A DNA stretch of 63,758 nt, filler included, from Rhabdomonas costata (GCA_019059605.1; 30 parts of 30 records of this genome joined end to end with filler, not necessarily neighbours in it), one strand, 5' to 3'. Shown: positions 51,297 to 63,758, counted from the whole stretch's first letter. A program made the numbers and translations. Notes: generated by a model not told the origin, from the sequence alone.

Positions 51297-52420
51297 GCCT
51301 CACTGATTTGGGAACGAAACCCCCTGCGGTCTCCCCAACGGTGGTTGCCGACTCCTCCCGGGCGGCGTCCTCGAGCAGCTCAGCTGTGGCGGGGAAGAAG
51401 GGTGGCATGACTCTGGGGACCAAGAAGTCCGGAAAAGAGGTGGTCTCCCACTCTTGGGACACACTTAGGTTGAGGTCCGATGCATTGGGGGAAACGTTTT
51501 AACGACGTTAAACCGCTTACCCCCCCCCCCAAAAAAAATGCTTGGGACCGCTAGGTTGCTGCAGTCCGTTTTGATGGCCTGTAAACAGAAAGGCATGGAA
51601 ACGTGTCAGAACTACCTATATTATATTTTACTACCTATCTCTTACTTTAGTGCTCTCATTTTCGTTTATCTTTGTTGTTTTGATGTTGAGAGAAGATCAA
51701 CTGGGGCATACGCTGAAGCACAGGAAACAGCTGCGCGCTGGCCCTTGCTCCCCACGCCACTAGCTTCCATTTTTGGCTGCACTTGTACTTTGTGCAACGT
51801 TGTGCGGAGGATTTGATGAGGGGCACTCATTGATGGCTAGGCCCATATCTTTTGAAACCTCTTTTTGTCGGGGGATGGGATGCTTCTCTTCTGTTTTTTC
51901 CGCGGCGTAGGACTTGCTGTCGAAGATGGTAAAGTCCGGGGAGCTCGAGGACCACGGCGGGGTCTCGGCTGCTGGTGGTCGAGGCGGAGGTGCGTCCGCT
52001 GGTGGCCGCGGGGCCAGTGGGGGTGCCGCAGCAGCCTTCTCACGGCCCGCTCACCTCTCCAACGTAGTGATGGAGAACGTGCACATCAAGCTGGAAGAGA
52101 CCATTGCAGCCGTGCTGAACCGCGACGGAGGTTTGTGTGGCGCACGTGCGTGCGGTCGGAAAAATTCAGGGAAAGGGAAAAATTCAGCGGAGTCACAAAA
52201 TCTGCACAAAAATCTCCAGAATTCGCTTCTGGCTTCTTGCTAAGTATAAAAAAATAGAGAACCTGCTTGCCATGCCCGAAAAATTCTCTGTCGTATGGTG
52301 CGCACAGGGTTCCAGTCTGTTGAGGTGAAGGGGGACATGTTCCTCACAATCTCTGAGAGCAGCCGCGCGGCGGTGAAGATTCACCTCAACAAGGACCACA
52401 ACAACGACTTCGCGTGGAAG
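51297..52420 (+). CDS. ARCN1: Coatomer subunit delta (delta-COP), exons 51297-51439, 51911-52130, 52308-52420
   Basis: Splices to GGMTLGTKKSGKE|DLLSKM...ENVHIKLEETIAAVLNRDG|GFQSVEVKGDMFLTISE...FAWK, the linker and start of the delta-COP mu-homology domain. Confidence 0.88.
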
Positions 52421-54068
52421 GTCCCTTCTTTTCTCACCCCTGCTGCCATTCACTGTTGCAAATGTGGTTAATGGCAACTTTCACAACTTTGTTTACGCCC
52501 TTCTTCGGCTTTTTCTGATTGAATGGTAAGACTCATCCGTTTGCTGCTGGTTTGGGTTGCTGAGACACTATGTCCTTGTGGTGTTGTGGTGTTGCCCACT
52601 CCCCCCAGCTTTGTAAAAACGTCAAGGACCGTGATATGAATTCTCTTTTTCTGGATTCCCCCTGTCTCGGGGTAATATTTATAAGTGTGAACGCCTTCTT
52701 TGGCGGGGGTGACCGTGATGCAGTGATGCGGTGATTTTTGTGGGCTGCAGGCGGCCAAGAGCCAGTTGCCGAGCCCCTTTCGGCGTGGATGGTTCGTTGT
52801 AAAGCACGTTGTGAGTGATATCGTAAACCCTCCGCTGCGTGGGGCAAGAAGCCGCCAAGGGGCACTACAACCAGCCTTTCAAGGAATCTCCTGACCCCAA
52901 GGACGCAGCATTTCGGGAGGCCTGCTGTATATGCAAAAGACCCCACGCCGGCTTAGCCCATTGTATATTGGTTTTAGTTTAGTTGAAAAAAAAGGGTTTT
53001 GCTTTTTCACTGTGATTGCAATCTTGGGTAAAGTTTTGTGTCGGTGCCTGCTTCGGTTCTGTATTGTTCGAAAACTAGGGCAAATGTACTCCCGAAGAGC
53101 ATAGTCACAGTTTTCGAACAAANNNNNNNNNNNNNNNNNNNNNNNNNNNNNNNNNNNNNNNNNNNNTTAATTAATTAANNNNNNNNNNNNNNNNNNNNNN
53201 NNNNNNNNNNNNNNNNNNNNNNTGTTGTGGGGATTGTAGGTGCCTTTCACAGCTAAGGTATAAAGCAGCCCTCTCGCCTTTCTCGCGTTCTCCGGATCAC
53301 AGGGAGTGAGCCGGGAGAACGCCCCGCCTTCAATGAGTCGACGCATGTCCCACAGCTACTCACAATGATTGATTACTATTGCCTATGACACATGACTTTG
53401 CAGTAGTTTTGAAGTGGTGAGTGTAACTGTGTTCTTCGGGATGGGGTGACGTTTTCGTCCCGAATCCGCGGCGAAACCCAACCATCCAGTCAATCAACCC
53501 TTGCACCCCCTCCCCTTCCTCTTCCGAGGAAAATATAGTAGGAAAATAACACGGCGCACAAAATTCGACCAACAAAGATCAGAAAGCCAACAACCCCATA
53601 CGACACAGACCCTGAAGCATGATGTCAAATACAGATTCTCTAGAAGGTCAAGAAAGGAAACGCGCACTGGGACCTGCCCAGAGTGATGTGCTGCGCCAAC
53701 AACAAAAGTCTCTGTTTTCTTTTTGTTCCTAATGTTCGGGGCCCATCATTGGGATGCTGAGTATCCTATAGGCGTTCTGCTTTTTGTCACCAGGTCTCAG
53801 CTTAGACGGGAGAGAAAGGGAGAGAGACCTTGTCTGTGCACTTCTGGAGACTACTGCAGAGCCATGGTTCGGAAGAGAGGGGATACAAAAGGGAGCGGAG
53901 AAGTATTTCCCTCGCGTGCCACCAAAAGCGTTGGACAGGGGCTCGCTAAGTTATTACACAGTCCTCGGTGATTGAAAAACACACACAGAAAGATAGAGGA
54001 GCACAAGAGCACGAGTGCAAGTATGCACAGGCAGGTCAAATGCTGAACCAGAAGTAACAGAGAATAAC

Positions 54069-55225
54069 CTCAGCATCATGGATCTCCTTCAACATCGACA
54101 TCTCTTTCGGGTCGATGGCTAGGCCATCCAGGTCCATCGTGGCAATCCGATGGATCATATCCACAAGCCGCACCAATGGCGCAGAAATTGCCACAGTGAG
54201 GCCCACAGCCAGCAGCACCGCTGCCACAGCAATTGCAATGCTAACAAACACCGAGGTCAGCAGCATCACCCGAATCTGCGCCATACTCCGGCTGTGAGCT
54301 TCTTGAGCTCGGTCACCAATATATTCGATAATAGTCAAAACCTGTGGGTCAAAATAATGCAAGAAGTGCTTTCCGCAGCAGAACCTGCAAAAACTCAGCG
54401 GATAGGCTCAAGTCGGCAAAATAAACGACTCCATATCAAGCAAAAAGTGCTATCGTGCTGGGTTTGAAAATCACCTGTTGATGCATGTCCATGTGGCGCT
54501 CCATTGAATCCGCAGTGGCCCGGCGTGTCTGGTTCAGCATTCGGGCGGAGAGCTGGGCCTGCTGCGCCTGAAGCAGCCCTAGGTACGATGCCGATGGGGT
54601 CACCACAACGGCCACCCACTGCAGGTTCAGCACATGAACCGCTCGGGACTGCACAATGAATTCCGTGGGAGCGCTGCCGCTTGTAGTGGAAATAGGGACG
54701 AAGCTGTGACTTGTGGTGCTGCGGGCAACCGAAGACCAGCTGCCGTAACGCTGCAGCAGCCACTGCGCAGACTGGCTCACTGCGGGCTCAGAGAAGTTCA
54801 GGACGTTTATCATGGTCACACTCTACGCCAAAACAGCGGCCAGTTGCACAACACGGCAACCAACAGGACACGTGCGGCGAAAAAGCAATACCTAATCCTC
54901 CGATTGTGAATTCCGGTAAACCACACCGGACAGTCCTCAGATAAAACATTCCAAGCACGGATTCTCATAATTATTTTGGACATAAATAACATGTGAATAA
55001 CTCCATCAAAATGGCACCGCTAAAAATTCGATGGAAAATGAATGAACTGCTTTCAAGCGGGAGAAGGGAAAGCAGGAATCGTGCTCATTTAAAACTATTC
55101 CAGCGCCCCCCAGGCACACACACATACGCACCACGTTGCCCGCGCGGCTGTGGCTGCTCCCCACCACGGTGCCGGACAGGTCCACCACGTACATCATCTG
55201 CCCAGCCGTTGAGCTTACCACGAAG
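54069..55225 (-). CDS. Membrane receptor fragment: Cache-like sensor, TM helix and HAMP domain
   Basis: Exon ~55135-55225 (MYVVDLSGTVVGSS), exon 54475-54822 (LQWVAVVVTPSASYLG) and exon 54069-54341 (hydrophobic helix, then ISAPLVRLVDMIHRIATMDL...SMLKEI). Confidence 0.7.
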
Positions 55226-56073
55226 GCCGTACAGGAGGAAAACTGAGAGNNNNNNNNNNNNNNNNNNNNNNNNNNNNNNNNNNNNNNNNNNNNTTAATTA
55301 ATTAANNNNNNNNNNNNNNNNNNNNNNNNNNNNNNNNNNNNNNNNNNNNGGGTGGGGGGTATGGGGACCTTGTCAGGGACCTTGAGCGATCGATATAATA
55401 TATGTTTGTATGGCATCCGGGCATCCCCGCCTACCCCCACAACTCCCACTGGCTACAAACCAAACGCAAAATGGAAATGACCGGAGACGCCAGAAGCAAT
55501 TTAATTCCAACGAACTAAGTTTTACGAAGAAACCAGAAGACCCATATGACGATGTCATATTATTTAACCCACACACCCAAAAACGCCTGAAAGTACCCCG
55601 TGAGAATAGCATAACCCTGAATATAGCATACGATGCATGAGGGTTTCCGAGGGCTTATGTCCGGCCGCGTGCTTCACCCGATGTCCCACAACCCCCCGCT
55701 AACTCTCTCAGTTGTCCTGAAAAAAGTGCTGTCTGGTGATTAACGGGGTGAAGTCTAGTAATTTGTTGCTCAGTTCGGCCACTAGCCCTGGCACTTATCC
55801 GGCGTATTATGCATTTTTTGATGTGTTCTGCGACAGTCGACGACAACGACAACAGCGACATGCGAATGTCGATATTCATGTCAGCAGTGGGAAATTTTTT
55901 GACGAGAAAGGTCTACTATACGAATGCGACGAAACAAGTTCTGACATTTCTAACCATGATTGTGTTACGTTGGCATCGGTCTTTGGTTTTATCAACTCCT
56001 CCCTCCCCCTCCCTCCAAAGAAATTTGCCCCAGACAGCCCGAGTTTTAAAATGGGGAGGGGGGGGCTCTGGCA

Positions 56074-56745
56074 GGGGTTGTGCTGGTGTACCATCTGCTG
56101 CGGTGCGCCCGCACCGGGGCACACTCGCTGGTGCTGGAGGCCCGTATCTGTGAGGATGAGGTTGTACCGCTGCCCCGGCTGCCCTTCTGGAGACCCGCCC
56201 GCCACGGCCCAGTGCTCACGGGTGGCAGTGATGGCAGGGGGAAAGAAGGAAAAATAGAGGGTGGGTATTATGAGAAGGGGATGCGGAAGGAACAAGATTG
56301 CGACAACTTTTTTGATTGCGTGTTTTCAGCAACTCTTGAGCAAAACGGTTCAGCGATGCTATTGTTCACACAGGCATACCCAATAGCTTTAAACCCTGTC
56401 ATCATGATGCAAGATACATGGCGGTGGCGCAAACGTATCCTTCGTGTGAACTCACAATTGCACCCCCCGGTTGCCGCGCGCATCAAAGGGTATGCAAACG
56501 CGAAAGACTCTTTTTTTACCTCAGGGTTGGCAGTGCATGTGGAAGACCCCCAGGTCCTGGCATTGTCCTCTCGAAGCAGCAGAAGTGGCGGCGGCGGCGG
56601 CAGCGTGCTGGTAGGTGACGAGGCAGCCGTTGCCCTGTACGTTACGGATGTCCGAGGCACTGTGAGGGTGCACCGCCTGACTCATCCGTTGCTGCCCCAA
56701 CTGTCCGGGGCGGAAGGTCGCTCGAGGTCCATTGCCAGTGGGAGG
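56074..56745 (+). CDS. Two exons of a hypothetical protein (about 56074-56233, 56525-56744)
   Basis: Coding-like GC-rich blocks after AG acceptors. No family recognised. Confidence 0.35.
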
Positions 56746-59700
56746 TTTATGCATGTTTTGTGTGGTGGTGGTGGTGGTGGTAGTAATAGTAGTAGTGATG
56801 GTGGGGGGGTATGTAAACCTACAAGTATTTTCCGACTTTTCGGTTTTTTGTGCAGTCATCAGGTCCGATTACTCGGCCCCAATGTGTTTCTAGTGCAGCG
56901 TCCCTTTTGACTTCGGGCAGTAAGGCGCTCCTTCGGCTTCCACTGTATTCGAGTCCTGCTTCTGCCTGCCTTCAGGTTCGTCAGAGATGAACGTATGTTG
57001 GGAACTCGAGAAGTCCGCCTGGCTCAAGCACTTGCCCATGCGACCCATGTGCAGGGCTAGGGGAGAAGACTTGAGCGCAACGCGCGCTGTACGTTTGGAT
57101 GAGTTCTCCGTGTCGTGGGGAGTGGGGGTGGGTCACCGATCATCACATGGCCCCTAATGGCTTGGTGACTGTGGCAATGTTTTCCGCGATGTTTGTGGCT
57201 TGTTCCAGTGCTTTTTGTGGGCAGCGAACGAATTTGAGTTCGGAAGACTGGAGTGGAGTTCTGTAATATATCGCCGTTCTGTGGTGCATTGTTCGAAAAG
57301 AAATTGCTCCAGACCGGCGACTTGGAGGCATGTGTTGAAGCCTGGGGAAGCAAATAACCAAATCATTCGGAGGCTGNNNNNNNNNNNNNNNNNNNNNNNN
57401 NNNNNNNNNNNNNNNNNNNNTTAATTAATTAANNNNNNNNNNNNNNNNNNNNNNNNNNNNNNNNNNNNNNNNNNNNGTGTTGGGTGTGGTTGGGTGGTGG
57501 GTTCACGACGCGTACCTGAAAAAGAGGGCCTGGCGGTGTGACGTCTGGCTGGAAGCACGACAGTACTCGGGCGGCATTGCAACGCCGTTATGTTGTCCGC
57601 TTCACTTAAGAACTGAGAACTGAGAATTTTTTTTCTTGACGCTGAACCCCAGCCCGTGCCGCAGTGCCGTGAATTGGTTGATCTACAAAAACGGAGGAAT
57701 ATGATAAAATAAAATGGGACATCAGTTTCCCATTTTGCTTCGGGGCGTTGTTGTTGGACTTACAAGTGCTGTTGAAGGCGGAAGGCAGGAAGGGGTTGGA
57801 CCAAAAAAGCGCGGGCGTTTAAAGAAAATCCATCCATCCATCGAATGTTAAGTGCATTGTGATCTTCACAGCCTGCTCAAAGGGGGCAAGTGCCTTGTTT
57901 TCGACATCCCAACAACAATCTTTAATCACTCATTTCTGCACGTTGAATTTACAGTTTTTTTTTTCGTGACGTGCAGTTTTCATGACTATCACGATCCTTT
58001 TTCTGCAACGGAGGCACACAAAGGTAGACAGACCCATAAGAGATCATTCAGGGGGTCTGCAGCACGGGAATTCCAGAAATGAAAGACATGCACCCACGCA
58101 CAAACACACACCTCCAAACAAAGAGAAGTAATGCAATTCTATGCTGTGCAATACAATGTGGTGCTAAGCGCGCCAGTGACCTTAGCGCCGCACTGTCTTC
58201 TCGCGGGGGAAGGGAGACCAGCTCTCCAAGTCCAGCCCTGAAAGAAAGAGGCAGTACAAACCCTCTTTCGAAACCAGAGGTGCATTTTCAGCTTTTCTCA
58301 TTGTTCCAGAAAGCCAGGCGATCATCTTCAATCGAAGAAAAAGAAAAAACCTGCTCCCTAGCACACAAACATCCTTTCGCAGCGACCCAATAGATTCCAA
58401 TTTTCGCCCAAAACGTGGTTAGTAAATTTTTTTTTTTGCAAATTCGTGAAACGCATTCCCTCCATCCCTTTTTCCTCTACCCTGTCTGTCCTTGTCACTC
58501 ACACCGATAACCGGAAATCAGCTTCCAGTTTTATAAAGTCCTCCCACAAATGTACAATACGTATTTCTTCTATTATTGAACCCCAACACCATCGCCATTG
58601 AGAACGTCGCAGCACTGACGACTGCATTCAACACCAAATCAAATGTCATGGCACTTTGGCACACCATCGTTGGTCCTTAAAAAAATGTAAGGGGGTAAGA
58701 ATCAGTGACACTACTTTTCCATCGAAAGAAGGACTCCACAAAATGAGCTGTCTGGTTTAAAGACCGTGAATACCCAACAGAAAAAAAACAACTCGTAAAA
58801 ACCCGTATGCAAAATGTCCGGTCCGAGGCCTTTCCTTCTTCCAGAACAGAGCAGAGCAGTTCAGCAACCGCTGGGGCGAGAACAGCCTCCTGGCATGGTG
58901 GTAGCTCTGGGGGTCGTGCAGGTCCACGCTCAGCGCGGGCCGCGGCGCCAGTCCCACCCGCTCCGCCACCGCAGAGCTCCAGCGGTACCTCGATGAGTTT
59001 GCACTGTGTGTGATCACCCACGTCAGCATCCCCCTGCTCTGCGGAGAGGTCACCTCTGCGCCCGAGCTGCCGCCACGAGGAAGTGCAACGGCACAGAAGA
59101 CGACGAGCGCAAGGGTCGGAACCCACATCTGACGGGCACAAGCTTTTTTTTGGGGGGGTGACGGTCCACCCAATTATCGCTCCCTGTCCCTGTCTGAAGA
59201 AGGGAGTGGTGTCGACAGAAGCAAGGAGGTGGAAGGAATAACCACACCTTCGGAAAAAAAAACACCGATCTGTGAGACACGTGGAGCTGGTTCGTGGAGT
59301 TACTCAGCCCAGACCTCACACACCACTACCTCACAGGAACCAAAGCGTTCAGAAATGTGTGGAAAGGAAAGAAAAGAAAAGGTGGCGCAGCTTGTCGCGC
59401 ATATGGACAGGATACGACGGAAAAGAGTATACACAGACGCACAGTGTGTGCGCTAAGACGTCAGGAAATTCTTCAGCGGGCCCCATTTGGCATCGTCCAT
59501 CTGANNNNNNNNNNNNNNNNNNNNNNNNNNNNNNNNNNNNNNNNNNNNTTAATTAATTAANNNNNNNNNNNNNNNNNNNNNNNNNNNNNNNNNNNNNNNN
59601 NNNNGGTGTTTTTGTCAAAGCCCAGAAGGTCCTGAGAGCAAATCTTACCCAAGAAAAGGGCACTCAACACATCCTGGGGCCAATTGTCCCCTGGAACCTC

Positions 59701-60012
59701 CAAAAGGTCTTGTACCCACATTTCTGGGCAAATCTCACGTTATTTTGCCACGAAACTGCCAAATCTGCTGACCATGGCGCTATTTTTTTTTGGCTGAAAT
59801 TGCCGCAAAAGGCCTTGACGACGTCATTTTGGCGGTCCCTATGGGCCGCCCGCCCGAAGCAGGAGGGCCAATTGTCTCGAAGGGTGAGAAGTTGCCGCGC
59901 AGAACACAATCTGTTGAGATTGATGCCATTTACCTGTCGGGGGGAGCATATGAGCGGCAAATGCCTTACCCCAAAGGTTACCACAAATGTATTGCTCAAT
60001 CGAGGGGTACTC

Positions 60013-60450
60013 TTAAACCTCTGTTGAATTGATCCATGAGAAGACAGTTGGCCACGGAGATCGGCGCCTCAACGTGCCATTGTCTTCCAAGTACAGCGGT
60101 TGCTTCCAGTACCGCAGATCTCGTCTCAATCTTTTCAGCTTTTTATACCACGAGGCATCCGGCCAGTACGGTGCCCAGCCAACAGTACCCTGCTCCGGTC
60201 AGTGAGGATTTTGTCAAGTACCTCGTTCAACAACGACCACGGACGATTCGCAAAAAGGATTTTGTCCGGTACCCAGTGGTAGTTGAAGGCGTTGTAGCCC
60301 TCGGTCTGCCGGTCCTCCGGATCAGCTGAATAGTACCTGCTCAATTGATGATGTTTTCGGCTTGCAAACAGATCCACCTGAGGAACCAGATCAAAGTTTT
60401 GGCAGATTTTCAGGAACAGTGTGGGAAAGCATCACATCCTCATCACTTTC
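60013..60450 (-). pseudogene. DIRS-type N6-adenine methyltransferase-like (Dam-like) domain, frameshifted
   Basis: With two frameshifts it reads EDVMLS/PTLFLKICQNFDLVPQVDLFASRKHHQLSRYYSADPEDRQTEGYNAFNYHW...FANRPWSLLNEVLDKILTDRSRVLL/APYWPDASWYKKL...SPWPTVFSWINSTEV*. Confidence 0.8.
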
Positions 60451-60899
60451 AAAGCTGGGATCCTGTTCCCATGCAATCTTTATTAGCGGGTAACGGCCCT
60501 GCTCAGTCAGAAGTGGACTAGTCCGCTGTGATAGCGGCGCACAGTCGCTGGATAGTACCAATCCCATGCATTGCTCCACAACTGGAAGTGGAGCAGCCTC
60601 TTTCGGTTGGTATGGTTGGAGTTGAAGCACAGTTACCTCCCGATCGAATTGCACCACTTTGTGGGGAAATTTAGATCGCTTCCTTATCCTCTCAGTGTGG
60701 ACACACTGAAATTCATACACAACAAATGGGTCATCCTCCTTAAAATCCCGTTGTGAGTTGCTTTCCACAAAACTCTTGTCCACATACCGTTCAGCTGTCT
60801 TGCTTTTTGTAAGCCGTGGCATTTGTATATCACAGTGGAAATATCAGTTCTTGTTCCATATCCAGTTTTTCCTCCGCTTAAAGAACGTGATCATCGGCA

Positions 60900-61620
60900 T
60901 GCTTATGCGGGGGCAGCTGGCCAACTGGGTTCATCTCCATTGTCTCGAATGTAGTCAACTCGATGGAATAGAATTTGGTGTCATGGATGTCAATTTCGCA
61001 GGTGTTCTTCGTAATCTGACTCTTGATCTTGTAAGTACCAACGGCCTTCGGTGCCAGGTGGCCAGATCGTTCCGATGGTCCTTCCGCTGGTTGATCAACA
61101 CTTCCTTAACAACAACAAATTGATAATTGGCACAATACACAAAACCCCAGTCATAGTTTAGATTCTCAAGTCATTCATTGATCGTCACTGTTCTCTAGCC
61201 GTTTAGTCTCTACTCGTAAAAGTTGAGGACGTCAAGAAGAAGCTAGAGTGGTAGCATATGTTCAAGAAGTATGGTCTGAGCTCTGAACCTTCGAGTTGGG
61301 CGTTGTTGATGGCGATCTTAACAAAGTCCAGCTGGGCAGCCTCACGTTCAGGACTTCTTGCATTTTGGCGAGTACAATTGACCGCAGAACCTGTTTCATT
61401 GTCTGGTTCGTTCTCTCCGCGGCGCCATTTGCCCGCGGATGGAACTGGAACGTCATGCGCTGCTTGATTTCCAGAAATCGCTAGTTAACGTGGTGTACCT
61501 GTCGGAAATGATGATGGATGGCAATCCCCTGTGGCGCAACACATAATGCAAAAAGCTCTGCAACTTGTGGTGCCTTTACTTTGAATCAAGATCATCTGCT
61601 TTGAAGAAAGGTCTGTGGAG
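60900..61620 (-). mobile_element. Degenerate Ty3/Gypsy integrase core plus GPY/F module
   Basis: RHRGLPSIIISDR..LTSDFW, MTFQFHPRANGAAERTNQTMKQVLR, IAINNA and LAPKAVGTYKI...ITKNTCEIDI, with several frameshifts. Confidence 0.88.
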
Positions 61621-62140
61621 GTAAACACACANNNNNNNNNNNNNNNNNNNNNNNNNNNNNNNNNNNNNNNNNNNNTTAATTAATTAANNNNNNNNNNNNN
61701 NNNNNNNNNNNNNNNNNNNNNNNNNNNNNNNGGTGGGGGGGGTCGGACCACTTACTTCGGCTCAAATCGTCTTTCTCTGGGGAAGTCCGATCTGGGCCCC
61801 CTGGGATGAGAGTGGGACCAGAGTCCGAGACGGGCCGAAGGACCTGACACGTATTTTAACTTGAGCTAGACTTGCCGGTTCGCCCATGGCCTTTGTGACT
61901 ATATTTGTGCTTGCATGTTAATAGTTGGGACTCTTCCCTGTGCGATTGACAAGAAGGGTGGACAGTTTCCAGTGGTTCGTGTATCAAGTGTACACCAACA
62001 CACCAACTTCTGTGCAGTGCCCCAGTTTCCACTCTCTTTTGGCAAGCCCTTGAATTTGCAACCTTTGTTGTTGATTGCTTTCTCCTTACCTTCGCCTCCC
62101 GGTTCACTAGTTTGAAGTCTGTCAAAGAGCAGTTACGATT

Positions 62141-63758
62141 ATGGCGGACCAGGAAGCCGTCAAGAAGACAAACCAGGACGCCTGCCTGCACAAGATGCAC
62201 TGCGTGACAAAAGGGTACTGGGAGGACCCCTTCATCGCCTACTTTCTCAAGGTGCTGTGCATCATTAACTCATAACGCGAAAGAATTGCAAAGAAATGAG
62301 GACTTCGCTTTGCACGGTGATTTTTTTGTGCATAGGGTGGGTGAGTTGTTTTTTTGGCACGGCTGTTTCGGAATGAAGGACAAGTCGGGAATGCGTGACG
62401 AGCTACGTTCGACTTTTGATCATTCGGCGCCAAGCTCTTTTTTTCCGATTGGATGCGATGCGATTCTTTTTCTGTGCAGGGTGACATCCTGGACACCCCC
62501 AACTCTCCGCTGATCAACCGTGGCTACTGGGCCCGCGTGGCCTACATATGGACCGTGATTGGGTCCTTTCTGGACCAGTATCGTGGGCAGAACCCCCAGG
62601 TGACCGCAGCGAGAATATGTGCGCATTCATGTCTGATATGCTCAAGCGATGAATGTGTGTGGACTGCACCACTTCGACTTGGATTCAGATACCCAGCCAG
62701 GTCCTACTTCCCGATAATACAAAATGATGTTGCTGTGCACCGCAAAAAAAAAATCGCGAAAGTAACGGTACCGCGCATTTTTTTGGGGGGGGGATTTGGG
62801 ATCCACGCTTTGCTCGAAAACCTCGGAAACCTCTCAGGTGATCAGCATCGGTGCGGGGTGGGACATGCTCTTCTTCCGAATGAGACAGAAGGGCATCATC
62901 GAGGGCGGCCACGGGGTCAAGTGGGTTGAGGTTGACTTTCCGGACGTCAACCGGAAGAAGAAGTCGGTGATCGCTTCTCATTCTGACCTGATCCGGTGCT
63001 TCCCTCTGCAACCGCTGCACTCTCTCCACTCACTTCCCGTGAGCATCGCAGTGCTTTGGTAACAAGTTCTTTTCGACTTCATCACGTTCGTTCGCACACA
63101 AAGAACCTCACCCGTTCTGAAGCCCGATCTTTGCTGAAGCAGACGCGCCTCCGGGATTTACTTTGCTCTTTATGGGAAATGATTATGTTTCCGTCCTCTC
63201 TATCACGGCTGGGTTTGACCTCTCCGCTAAACGGGCGGAGAATGTGAACGGACGGACGGTGATCTCCCCCACTTGAGAGTGGCGGCCTTGGAAAGCGCGT
63301 AGCCTGGATACCATCCAAAGCCTGCTGGAGGACCTCCGCTCATCCCGCGTCCCAGCAATATTGAAGCTGAGGTGAGGAGTCACTCTTACTGCATGAAAGG
63401 CAGCCGCAGGAAAAAGCATTCGGTGACAAAAAAAAGTTGCTCCTCCTCTGGTGTGTTGTAATGCGCCTGCGAGGGAGTTTTTGCTTTGCTCTTCTTTTTT
63501 TCTGCCCCGCGCCGAACATTTGGTCGAACTTCTCCTTTCTTGTTCCTTAGTTTTTTTGCCTTCAAGATTTGTTTCGGACACACCCCAGAGTGCTGTTCTT
63601 GTCGCAGGTACATATCTGAGACGCCCACAGGCGTGAGCTTCTCAGACACAGAGGTCCGAAGCCCCTCCTATAGCCTCCTCGCCGCCGACCTGAGGCAGCC
63701 CTCTTCCCTTCTCTCCCAGCTGCTGCAGCAACAGCAGCTGCCCGGAAGCAGCAGTCCC
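62141..63758 (+). CDS. LCMT1: Leucine carboxyl methyltransferase (LCMT1/PPM1), exons 62141-62251, 62480-62599, 62838-62995, 63608-63758 (3' partial)
   Basis: MADQEAVKKTNQDA..KMHCVTKGYWEDPFI|..SPLINRGYWARV..Q|VISIGAGWD..VEVDFPDVNRKK..|..YSLLAADLR. All three introns are GT-AG and in frame. Confidence 0.93.

Noticed and set aside
1-63758. rRNA, tRNA, spliced-leader RNA or CRISPR arrays; operon-like linkage between neighbouring genes
   Set aside because: None recognisable by eye, though covariance-model searches were not run. Adjacent contigs are unlinked, so cross-spacer gene neighbourhoods are meaningless.

Overview
This window is not one locus. It is 30 unrelated contigs of about 2.03 kb, joined by artificial 100-nt spacers (N44-TTAATTAATTAA-N44). 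Most contigs start with G/T-only bases and end with C/A-only bases, and several fold back on themselves, which fits a whole-genome-amplified library. The DNA is from an intron-rich, microsatellite-rich eukaryote; degenerate and GC donors and candidate trans-splice acceptors weakly suggest a euglenozoan-like protist. Recognisable spliced gene fragments: cold-shock domain protein, DEDDy 3'-5' exonuclease, FKRP/LicD-like phosphotransferase, ankyrin plus MIB/HERC2 protein, Enhancer-of-polycomb-like protein, ARM-repeat protein, HPP transporter, Pumilio protein, TSP1/Cys-repeat protein, delta-COP, Cache-TM-HAMP receptor and LCMT1. Mobile DNA: a decayed Merlin transposase, a long-TIR element, retroelement remnants, an AT-rich Polinton/PLV-like contig with an A32-type packaging ATPase, and a Ty3/Gypsy pol whose integrase runs into a DIRS-type N6-adenine-methyltransferase-like domain. 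The last two are the strongest candidates for something new. All calls come from manual translation and motif recognition; no searches were run.
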